A DNA stretch of 32,000 nucleotides from Patescibacteria group bacterium (GTDB lineage: Bacteria; Patescibacteriota; Minisyncoccia; UBA6257; HR35), in NCBI GenBank assembly GCA_023480925.1, contig JAMCWY010000010.1, positions 1-32,000 on the forward strand, written 5' to 3'. The number at the start of each line of letters is the position of its first letter. Within the stretch, counting starts at the first letter, position 1. Both the position numbers and the translations under genes were made by a program. The notes under the pieces were generated by a model. That model was not told the DNA's origin. It worked only from the letters and a program-made list of their open reading frames with translations, and searched no databases. Positions 25,465 through 32,000 of the stretch are shown here, piece by piece.

Positions 25465-25953
25465 ATGGATCAAACTAAAAGTCAAGAATCAGAACGGATA
25501 AAAATCAAAAGAGAAATATCGACGGGTTTTATTATTTTTCACGAACAAACCAAGGGCCAGAGAAATTTTTTACTACTCAAACACTCAAAACATTATTGGA
25601 ACGCCGCTAAAGGCCACGTTGAAAAAGGCGAGAGTCTGATCGCCGCCGCTTTTAGAGAAATCAACGAAGAAACCGGTTTGAAACAAAAAGATTTAAAGAT
25701 CATTCCCGGTTTCAAGGCGGCCTCGCTCTATCTGATCAAAAGAAAAAATCTTCTTATAAAAAAACGAGTGATTTTTTTCCTGGCCCAAACGAATAAGATC
25801 CAAATTAAAATTTCTAAAGAACACCAAGGTTATGGTTGGTTCAATCCAGATAAGATCGACGCGATCCCGACATTTAATGATGTCAAAAATCATTTTCTTC
25901 GAGCGGAAAAATTTTTAGCCAAACGACAAAAACTCTCAACGATTAAATTATAG
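25465..25953 (+). CDS. NUDIX hydrolase (Ap4A-hydrolase-like)
   Basis: Nudix box GHVEKGESLIAAAFREINEETGL. Confidence 0.88.
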   Translation: MDQTKSQESERIKIKREISTGFIIFHEQTKGQRNFLLLKHSKHYWNAAKGHVEKGESLIAAAFREINEETGLKQKDLKIIPGFKAASLYLIKRKNLLIKKRVIFFLAQTNKIQIKISKEHQGYGWFNPDKIDAIPTFNDVKNHFLRAEKFLAKRQKLSTIKL

Positions 25954-26125
25954 CCAGCAAATTTTAAATACCGGATTTTGAACTTGAAATTTAAACTCTA
26001 AAATCAAAAAAGTAATTTCCGATTTACGACTCTAGGCCGCACTTTTTATTTTTCAAGATCCAAATTTTAACCAAACTAAACTTGTTATTAAAACAGGGAA
26101 TGATGCGGAGAAGAAATTAAAATTT

Positions 26126-26482
26126 TTAAGAAATTTTTGATCCAACCCGAACTTGATTCAGCGGCACGATTAAAACCGGACCGGATTCTGAAGCGGCGGC
26201 CAAAAGCATCGCCTCGCTGACAATGCCTCTAATTTGACGCGGTTCGAGATTAATAATGAGAACGATCAACTGGCCAAGCAACTCTTCGGCCGAGTAATTT
26301 TTTTTAATTCCAGAAACAATCGTCCTTTTTTCATCGCCAAGATCAACCTTGATTTTAAAAAGTTTGTCGCTTGCTTCAATTTCTTCAACTGTTAAAATTT
26401 TACCCACCCATATTTTACCCACCCTTAAATCAATTTTTTGAAATTCTTCTTTGCCAATCATTTTAATCACTTTTGTTTTCAA
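26126..26482 (-). CDS. tRNA-binding domain protein (CsaA/Trbp111/EMAP-like)
   Basis: FQKIDLRVGKI ... SDKLFKIKVDLGDE ... IVSGI ... LIINLEPRQIRGIVSEAMLLA. The track start 26482 is a TTG; homologue length suggests ATG 26461 is the real start. Confidence 0.88.
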   Translation of the reverse strand: MKTKVIKMIGKEEFQKIDLRVGKIWVGKILTVEEIEASDKLFKIKVDLGDEKRTIVSGIKKNYSAEELLGQLIVLIINLEPRQIRGIVSEAMLLAAASESGPVLIVPLNQVRVGSKIS

Positions 26483-26497
26483 ATCTATTTAGTTGAA

Positions 26498-27040
26498 TTA
26501 TTTATATTTTGGCGATTGTTCTTTGATTTTTTTATTTTTCGCCGCCAAACGGGCCAAAGCAAAGAAAAAACTGGAAAGACGGTTGAGATATGACAAAATT
26601 TCAACTGAAACTTTTTTCTTTTGGCTCAATTCGGACACCCGACGTTCGACCCGACGGCTGACGCTTCGCAGGTAATCAAGCCAGGCCGACTCGTTTTCGC
26701 CGCCCGGAATAATAAATCGCCGTTCCGGTTTAACTCGCTCTTCGATTTTCTCTATCTCTTTTTCTAAATTATTTATTTTTATCCGGCTAAAAATCGGTGG
26801 CTTAAATTTTGGATAAATTAAATTAGCTAAATTTGCCTGAATCAAAAAAAGGTTTTCTTGAATTTCGAGCAGGTGAAGTTTTAAAATTTTTGTTTTTAGA
26901 TTGTTCCTAGCCAAGCCGATAAGACTGTTTAGCTCGTCAAGCTCGCCCAAAGTTTGTAAAATTAGATCGGTTTTGGCAAACTCCTTCTGACCAACTTTAC
27001 TCTTGCCCTTGTCACCCTTGCCCGTGTAAAATAAAGTCAT
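26498..27040 (-). CDS. PduO-type ATP:cob(I)alamin adenosyltransferase family protein
   Basis: YTGKGDKGKS, LGELDELNSLIGLAR, IQENLFLIQANLA, FIIPGGENESAWLDYLRSVSRRVERR and YLNRLSSFFFALAR. Confidence 0.9.
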   Translation of the reverse strand: MTLFYTGKGDKGKSKVGQKEFAKTDLILQTLGELDELNSLIGLARNNLKTKILKLHLLEIQENLFLIQANLANLIYPKFKPPIFSRIKINNLEKEIEKIEERVKPERRFIIPGGENESAWLDYLRSVSRRVERRVSELSQKKKVSVEILSYLNRLSSFFFALARLAAKNKKIKEQSPKYK

Positions 27041-27048
27041 TAAAAATA

Positions 27049-27924
27049 TTAAATCTTTAAATTTTTAAGATACTGTTTAAATTCTTTTTTGACCTCGGCA
27101 TGGCTTAAACCAAAATCAACGACCGCCTTGAGAAAACCAATCTTTGAACCGCAATCATAACGTTTACCTTGAAAACGCAAACCATAAAGAGACCGACGTT
27201 TAAGCAAATTTTGAAAAGCGTCGACCAACCCAAGTTCGTGTTTTTTGTTCCGAAACAATTTTTGGATTTTATTCAGTTCGACGAAAACTTCGGGCGTCAA
27301 GATCGACTTACCGACGAAACCAAGCAAAAGATTTGGCGCCTGAGCCGGCCGCGGCTTTTCAACGAAACGGCTGATTTCAAAAATATCTTTTTCGACTTCA
27401 ACGCCGTCGATCATACCGTATTTAAATGATTCTTTGCGCGTAACTTTTTCCAAAGCGACAACCGAATCCTCGTATTTTTCGAAAACCTCAATCAATTGAG
27501 CTAAACAAGGTTTTTCCCCAACGACAATATCATCCTCGAACAAGACCGCGACCGGCTCATTATTAAGCCAAGGTCGAGCACAAAGAATCGCGTCTCCGTT
27601 TCCAGCCGGCTCTTTTTGACGAACATAACTAATATTGGCCAGATTGGCAATTTGACGCGTCGTCTGAAGCAGATCCTTCTTGCCCGAAGAAATCAGAGCG
27701 TTTTCCAACTCAACGGCGTAATCAAAATAATCTTCAATCGCCCGTTTACCTTTACCCGTGACTAAAATAATATCTTCAATGCCCGAAGCGACAACTTCTT
27801 CAACCAAATAATGAATAACCGGTTTATCAACGATCGGCAACATTGCCTTGGGTTGCGATTTCGTCACGGGCAAAAATCTCGTGCCTAAACCGGCGACGGT
27901 GATAATAGCTTTTTTAACTTTCAT
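27049..27924 (-). CDS. galU: UTP--glucose-1-phosphate uridylyltransferase GalU
   Basis: KAIITVAGLGTRFLPVTKSQPKAMLPIVDKPVIHYLVEE ... VEKP. A weak SD (AAAGG) lies upstream. Confidence 0.94.
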   Translation of the reverse strand: MKVKKAIITVAGLGTRFLPVTKSQPKAMLPIVDKPVIHYLVEEVVASGIEDIILVTGKGKRAIEDYFDYAVELENALISSGKKDLLQTTRQIANLANISYVRQKEPAGNGDAILCARPWLNNEPVAVLFEDDIVVGEKPCLAQLIEVFEKYEDSVVALEKVTRKESFKYGMIDGVEVEKDIFEISRFVEKPRPAQAPNLLLGFVGKSILTPEVFVELNKIQKLFRNKKHELGLVDAFQNLLKRRSLYGLRFQGKRYDCGSKIGFLKAVVDFGLSHAEVKKEFKQYLKNLKI

Positions 27925-28002
27925 AATTACCTTTATTCACGTTAAGCGCGAAACCTCGATAGGAATAATCGAATAAAAATAAATTTTATTTAATTGAAAA
28001 TA

Positions 28003-28128
28003 TTATAACTTGTAATTAAAAATACTCGAAAAACTTTTCCAGGTACTGGGATTAGTGAAAAGCCAAATAAAAATCGCGATAATTGAATAAAAAATCAAAA
28101 TTAAAACAACGTTCTTACCATCTTTCAT
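28003..28128 (-). CDS. Possible 41-aa single-helix membrane peptide translationally coupled to prfA (ATGA overlap)
   Basis: My hand translation: MKDGKNVVLILIFYSIIAIFIWLFTNPSTWKSFSSIFNYKL. Its ATG overlaps the prfA TGA stop (aaATGa). It is too short to appear in the ORF track. Confidence 0.35.
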   Translation of the reverse strand: MKDGKNVVLILIFYSIIAIFIWLFTNPSTWKSFSSIFNYKL

Positions 28129-28856
28129 TTTTGGTCTTTAAACGCTTTAATAATCGGTTCAAGGCCGCCGGCCATAATATTTTCAAGATTATGCCAAGAT
28201 TTATTAATTCGGTGATCGGTAATTCGATTTTGAGGGAAGTTATAAGTTCTTATTTTTTCCGAACGTTCCTGATCGCCAATTTGATTTCGACGCTGATCAA
28301 CCAAATTGCCAACGGTTTTTTCACGCTCCAACTGCCAAAGTTTCGCCTTTAACATTTCCATCGCGATCTCACGGTTACGCTGTTGAAACCGCTCGATTTG
28401 CGAAGAAACGATGATACCGCTCGGCCGATGAACAATTCGAACCGCTGTTTCAACTTTATTAACGTTTTGACCGCCATGGCCGGAAGAGCGAAAAAAACTA
28501 ATATCCAAATCAGAATCTCTGATTTGAATCGGCGAGTTGTCGGCCAGAGGCAAAATCGCGACCGAGGCGGTCGAGGTGTGAACCCGACCCGATCGTTCCG
28601 TCGTTGGAATCCTTTGAACGCGATGAACACCCGCTTCTTGCTTAATTAAATCAAAAGCGGCCGGACCGCTTATTTCCGCCTCGAGATTTTTTACGCCCTT
28701 CAAATCGCTCTGTTGATCTTCGGAAACTTTTACTCGCCACTTATTTTTTTCAAAAAAACGCAAATACATTCGCCAAAGATCGGCGGCAAAAAGCGAAGCC
28801 TCCTCGCCGCCAATGCCGGCCCGAATTTCAATAATAAACTTTTGGACCTCTTCCAT
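28125..28856 (-). CDS. prfA: Peptide chain release factor 1 lacking the entire N-terminal domain 1 (243 aa)
   Basis: RF1-type tripeptide region RIPTTERSGRVHTS (PxT), GGQ (SSGHGGQNVNK), and RTYNFPQNRITDHRI. The protein starts at the IEIRAGIGGEEA motif, which sits near residue 108 in E. coli RF1. An in-frame TAA lies 30 nt upstream, and rpmE ends 38 nt upstream. Confidence 0.9.
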   Translation of the reverse strand: MEEVQKFIIEIRAGIGGEEASLFAADLWRMYLRFFEKNKWRVKVSEDQQSDLKGVKNLEAEISGPAAFDLIKQEAGVHRVQRIPTTERSGRVHTSTASVAILPLADNSPIQIRDSDLDISFFRSSGHGGQNVNKVETAVRIVHRPSGIIVSSQIERFQQRNREIAMEMLKAKLWQLEREKTVGNLVDQRRNQIGDQERSEKIRTYNFPQNRITDHRINKSWHNLENIMAGGLEPIIKAFKDQK

Positions 28857-28894
28857 TTTTGAAGAAAATCTGCTAAAATTTAATTAGCCTGAGA

Positions 28895-29101
28895 TTATTT
28901 CGTTTGTTTCGCTTGCCTTTTTTTGAATTTTTCAACCTGGCCAAGAATAACTCGCCTTTCTTCTTTACCCGTAAAAACAGGCGAGCAATTTTTACAAACT
29001 TCAACTTCGATTATTTTTTTAGTTGAAGGAATCTGATAAGAAGCGCCGCAAACACACTTAACCGTGGCAAATTGATAAACTGGATGAATTTTCTTTTTCA
29101 T
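28895..29101 (-). CDS. rpmE: 50S ribosomal protein L31 (Cys-containing type A)
   Basis: MKKKIHP ... CVCG ... CKNCSPVFTGK. Confidence 0.93.
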   Translation of the reverse strand: MKKKIHPVYQFATVKCVCGASYQIPSTKKIIEVEVCKNCSPVFTGKEERRVILGQVEKFKKRQAKQTK

Positions 29102-29203
29102 TGTTTTTAAAAAGTTTTTTAATCAATCAACCAAAAAAATTAATTATATTTATTGTATTTATTTATCGTATAATATCAATATAGTATAACATAGAATCAG
29201 ATA

Positions 29204-30046
29204 ATGGAGTCAGATCAAGAAACAAAAACCCAAGAAGAAACGGAAAACAGCGAACAAAAAAATCAGGAACGGCGCAATGAAAGTTTGTTCAAATTGATGC
29301 TAGCTAGCGGCGTTCACTACGGCCGAGCGAAACGGTTTACCCATCCATCGGTCAAAGAAAAGCTTTTGCCGAATCATAAATCGAATATTGAAATTTTCGA
29401 TCTTGGTCAGACCCTGAGCGCACTTGATCGAATCGCCGATCTCATTAATAAAATTATTGGCCAAGGTAAATCGATTCTTTTTGTCGCGACCCAGCCAGCG
29501 GGCCAAGAAACGGTTAAAAAAATCGCGACCGAATTATCAATGCCATATCTTAATACTAAGTGGGTGGCCGGATTTTTGACCAATTTTGAAACGATTAAAT
29601 CAAGATTGACTTATTTTAAGGATCTCAGCGCCAAAGCAGCCAACGGCGAAATCAATAATTACCCAATTAAAGAAGCAAAAAAAATGGAGCGAGAGCTGGA
29701 AAAAATGAAACAGATTTACGGCGGCGTCGCTACAATCGAAAAATTACCCGACTTCGTCTTTATCATCAACGTCAATTATCCTTCCCACCGAACGGTTGTT
29801 CGAGAGGCGATTAAAACAAAAATACCAATTATCGCGATCGTCGGATCGGACAACAATATCGAGGTTTGTTTTGACGCCATCAGCGCCAACGACAAGGCGC
29901 CTCGAAGCATCAATTTTATTATCGCTTATCTTCTCCGAAAACTCAAACCTCGATCAAATCAGTCGGAATTAAAAATTGAAACCGAAACCGAATCGGAGCC
30001 AAACCAAAAATCTCAAATAACCGATTCAGACTCAACCACGGTCTAA
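29204..30046 (+). CDS. rpsB: 30S ribosomal protein S2 with acidic N- and C-terminal extensions
   Basis: LMLASGVHYGRAKRFTHP ... ILFVATQ ... NTKWVAGFLTNF ... PDFVFIINV ... IPIIAIVGSDNN. Confidence 0.93.
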   Translation: MESDQETKTQEETENSEQKNQERRNESLFKLMLASGVHYGRAKRFTHPSVKEKLLPNHKSNIEIFDLGQTLSALDRIADLINKIIGQGKSILFVATQPAGQETVKKIATELSMPYLNTKWVAGFLTNFETIKSRLTYFKDLSAKAANGEINNYPIKEAKKMERELEKMKQIYGGVATIEKLPDFVFIINVNYPSHRTVVREAIKTKIPIIAIVGSDNNIEVCFDAISANDKAPRSINFIIAYLLRKLKPRSNQSELKIETETESEPNQKSQITDSDSTTV

Positions 30047-30068
30047 TTAAAATCAGCCAAATAATAAA

Positions 30069-30656
30069 ATGGATAAGAATTTAATTGATAAAATAAAAAG
30101 TTTGCGTGAAGAAACCGGCGCGCCGATTGGTCTGATCAAGGAAGCGCTCGAGCTGAACCAAAATGACTCGGAAAAAGCAAAACTATTTTTGATTAAAAAG
30201 GGTTCCGAGTTTTTAAGCAAAAAATCAGAGACGACCGCGACCAAAAGTTTAATCGAAGGGTATATTCACTTCAACGGCAAAGTTGGCGCCCTGGTTGAAC
30301 TTGGCGCCGAAACCGACTTCGTCACCAGAAACGACGATTTTAAAAAACTTGCCCACGAAATCGCCGTTCAAGTCGCGACAATGAACCCGGCTTATCTTAA
30401 CCGCGATCAAATTCCAACCGATCTTCTGGAAAAAGAAAAAGAAAATTTTAAAGAAGAAATAAAAAATAAACCTAAAGACGTGGCCGAAAAAATCAATGCG
30501 GGCAAGCTCGAAAAATTCTTCGAAAATGTTTGCTTAATTGACCAACCTTATTTTAAAGACGAAAAACTTAAAATCAAAGATCTTGTCAGCCAAGCGGCGA
30601 ATAAGTTTAAAGAAAAAATTGAAATTAAAAAATTCAGCCGTCTCAGCTCGACCTAA
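30069..30656 (+). CDS. tsf: Elongation factor Ts (short form)
   Basis: The UBA-like N-terminus IKSLREETGAPIGLIKEAL, then GALVELGAETDFVTRNDDF and LAHEIAVQVATMNP. It follows rpsB, the canonical arrangement. Confidence 0.92.
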   Translation: MDKNLIDKIKSLREETGAPIGLIKEALELNQNDSEKAKLFLIKKGSEFLSKKSETTATKSLIEGYIHFNGKVGALVELGAETDFVTRNDDFKKLAHEIAVQVATMNPAYLNRDQIPTDLLEKEKENFKEEIKNKPKDVAEKINAGKLEKFFENVCLIDQPYFKDEKLKIKDLVSQAANKFKEKIEIKKFSRLSST

Positions 30657-30669
30657 ACCAAACAAACGG

Positions 30670-31023
30670 ATGATCAGTTCCGACAATATTACCATTTTTT
30701 TACCGCTCCTAACTCTTTTAATTTTTGGCCTAATCGTTTTTTTTATCGCCAAAAAATCAAAAACGGTTCAACTCCGAGGTTATGATTATCTCTGGTTTAA
30801 TAACTTCCAAGCGAAATTGCAAAAAAAAGCTCGGCGTTTAAACTTGAACAAAAAATTTTATTCTCTTCAAAAAACTTACCGCGGCCTTTCGAAAAAATTT
30901 TTGTTGAAAATGAGAATCGAAGCCTTGCGCGTTCAGGTTTGGGCGGACAAAAAATTGGAAAAAGCTAAAAACAACAAAAGCGAAACAGCTGGAACAAACG
31001 ATACAAACAAACAAACAAACTAA
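30670..31023 (+). CDS. Membrane-anchored basic hypothetical protein (117 aa)
   Basis: This is an internal ATG of track ORF 30538..31023, chosen because the upstream part overlaps tsf. It has one N-terminal TM helix and a Lys/Arg-rich remainder. Confidence 0.5.
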   Translation: MISSDNITIFLPLLTLLIFGLIVFFIAKKSKTVQLRGYDYLWFNNFQAKLQKKARRLNLNKKFYSLQKTYRGLSKKFLLKMRIEALRVQVWADKKLEKAKNNKSETAGTNDTNKQTN

Positions 31024-31118
31024 AAATAAACCTATAATCGCTTAAAATAAAATAATTAAGACGGCGCCAGTAAAAAATCAACCACTTTTTTAGTGACCGT
31101 TCGACCAAACAAAAAGCG

Positions 31119-31194
31119 GCCGACCTAGCTTAATTGGCAGAGCAACGGTTTTGTAAACCGTAGGTTCGGGGTCCGATTCCCCGGGTCGGCTCCA
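31119..31194 (+). tRNA. tRNA-Thr (anticodon TGT), CCA encoded, with an atypical T-loop TCCGATT
   Basis: Hand-folded cloverleaf: acceptor gccgacc/ggtcggc, anticodon stem acggt/accgt with loop tTTGTAa, T-arm cgggg-TCCGATT-ccccg, discriminator T, then CCA. Confidence 0.9.
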
Positions 31195-31202
31195 GATAAA
31201 AA

Positions 31203-31793
31203 ATGATTCGAACAAAAAGTTTTACTTTAATCGAAATTATTATTGTTTTAACGATTATCGCCGCCCTCATTGGCGTTTTAATTTTAGTTCTCAACCCTCA
31301 AAACACACTTAGGGCGAGTAATGATTTAAAACGTCAGAGCGATTTGAAAAACTTAAATTTGGCAATCAGTTTGGTTTTAGCGAAAGGATTCGGTGTCGGA
31401 TCGCCCAATATTGTTTATACTTCCTTACCCGACAGTTCCGCCACTTGTTCAACTTGGATTAGCCAGGGCTTGTTATCAAATTTGCCCTCGGGCTGGGTTT
31501 ATCACTGTTCGGCCTCAACCACTTATCAAAATATTGACGGCACCGGTTGGTTGCCGATCAACTTTCGCGGCGATGGTTTAAATAGTTTTAACATTTTACC
31601 CATCGACCCGACTAATAATCCACCTTACTACTATACTTATTACGCCTCGTCATCGCAATACGAACTCATAGCTCTTTTTCAAGATCCAAATAATATTGGC
31701 CCAAACTCGATCTCAGGCACAGACGGCGGTTTAAGCAGTACTTATTATGAAATTGGCAACAATTTAACTTTAAGCGAACAAGCGCCACGATAA
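31203..31793 (+). CDS. Type IV pilin / pseudopilin with a prepilin N-terminal methylation motif
   Basis: N-terminus MIRTKSFTLIEIIIVLTIIAALIGVLILV (class III signal peptide, conserved Glu at +5), followed by a Cys pair in the globular part. Confidence 0.88.
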   Translation: MIRTKSFTLIEIIIVLTIIAALIGVLILVLNPQNTLRASNDLKRQSDLKNLNLAISLVLAKGFGVGSPNIVYTSLPDSSATCSTWISQGLLSNLPSGWVYHCSASTTYQNIDGTGWLPINFRGDGLNSFNILPIDPTNNPPYYYTYYASSSQYELIALFQDPNNIGPNSISGTDGGLSSTYYEIGNNLTLSEQAPR

Positions 31794-32000
31794 TTAGAAC
31801 CTTAAGTGATGTAAACGCTTACAACAACCAAAATCTGGTTGCCTACTGGCCCCTTGATGGCAACTCGACTGACGCGTCCGGTAATAATAATAACGGCCCT
31901 GATTATAATGTTATTTACGGTACTCAATATGGCCACATTTTTGAAGGAGCTAATTTCAACGGCTCGAATAGCAAGATACAAGGTAATACTAGTAACTCTT
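31751..32000 (+). CDS. Partial LamG/concanavalin-like domain ORF with no canonical start codon, in the -1 frame relative to the pilin gene (runs off the window)
   Basis: My hand translation of the frame open from 31751: ...NLVAYWPLDGNSTDASGNNNNGPDYNVIYGTQYGHIFEGANFNGSNSKIQG. The YWPLDG..D.SGN.NNG pattern is typical of LamG-domain pilin-associated proteins. No ATG, GTG or TTG occurs in this frame within the window. Confidence 0.5.

Noticed and set aside
30538-30669. N-terminal extension of track ORF 30538..31023, and the TTG 9186 extension of the helicase ORF.
   Set aside because: Both extensions overlap the 3' end of the preceding well-supported gene (tsf and the MGMT-domain gene respectively) and add low-complexity residues. 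Internal ATGs at 30670 and 9228 give sensible N-termini.
31004-31020. (CAAA)x4 tetranucleotide repeat at the 3' end of the 30670..31023 gene, as a possible phase-variation tract.
   Set aside because: It has only four units and sits at the very end of the ORF, so slippage would change just a few C-terminal residues. It is too short to argue for contingency-locus behaviour.
1-32000. Alternative genetic code (UGA reassigned, as in some CPR lineages).
   Set aside because: TGA terminates ORFs at positions consistent with full-length domains, for example at 727-729 and the prfA stop at 28125-28127. Well-conserved genes such as glyA, ychF, folD and galU contain no in-frame TGA.
1-32000. CRISPR arrays, IS elements, integrases, prophage or toxin-antitoxin pairs.
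   Set aside because: There are no regularly spaced direct repeats and no transposase, integrase or recombinase motifs in any frame that I read. The small convergent genes at 523 and 887 are not arranged as an operon.

Overview
AT-rich, tightly packed bacterial chromosome segment with mostly housekeeping genes. Gene content and style (short proteins, many tiny membrane proteins, MurT/GatD, a type IV pilin, little metabolism) suggest a small-genome uncultivated bacterium, possibly CPR/Patescibacteria-like; that placement is inference only. Confident calls: tRNA-Asn(GTT), tRNA-Thr(TGT), rpsB-tsf, rpmE-prfA, galU, a PduO-type adenosyltransferase, glyA, folD, ychF, murT-gatD, an RluB/RsuA-type pseudouridine synthase, a UvrD-type helicase fused to a Cas4/AddB-like nuclease, an MGMT-domain protein, a PEBP-family protein, a P-type ATPase, an MFS transporter, an RRM RNA-binding protein, and HD, NUDIX and GGDEF proteins. 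I found no rRNA, CRISPR array, transposase, integrase or obvious defence island, and I cannot point to one convincing multi-gene novel system. Observations worth a second look: (1) both release-factor-family proteins are atypical, an RF1 lacking all of domain 1 and an ArfB-like protein with GGE instead of GGQ and no basic tail; (2) an orphan cytochrome b6-type domain fused to an unknown hydrophilic domain; (3) two expression architectures, with many housekeeping genes having a -10 box 6-14 nt before the start codon and no Shine-Dalgarno (SD) sequence, while a few tiny, mostly CxxC-containing ORFs carry near-consensus promoters plus perfect SDs; (4) a GC-rich structured block next to tRNA-Asn at the window edge; (5) two unusually long intergenic regions with structured or SD-bearing elements; (6) a 10-Cys 48-aa ORF missing from the ORF track; (7) a LamG-like ORF with no start codon in the -1 frame after a pilin gene. 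All homology statements come from reading motifs by eye and need HMM/BLAST confirmation.
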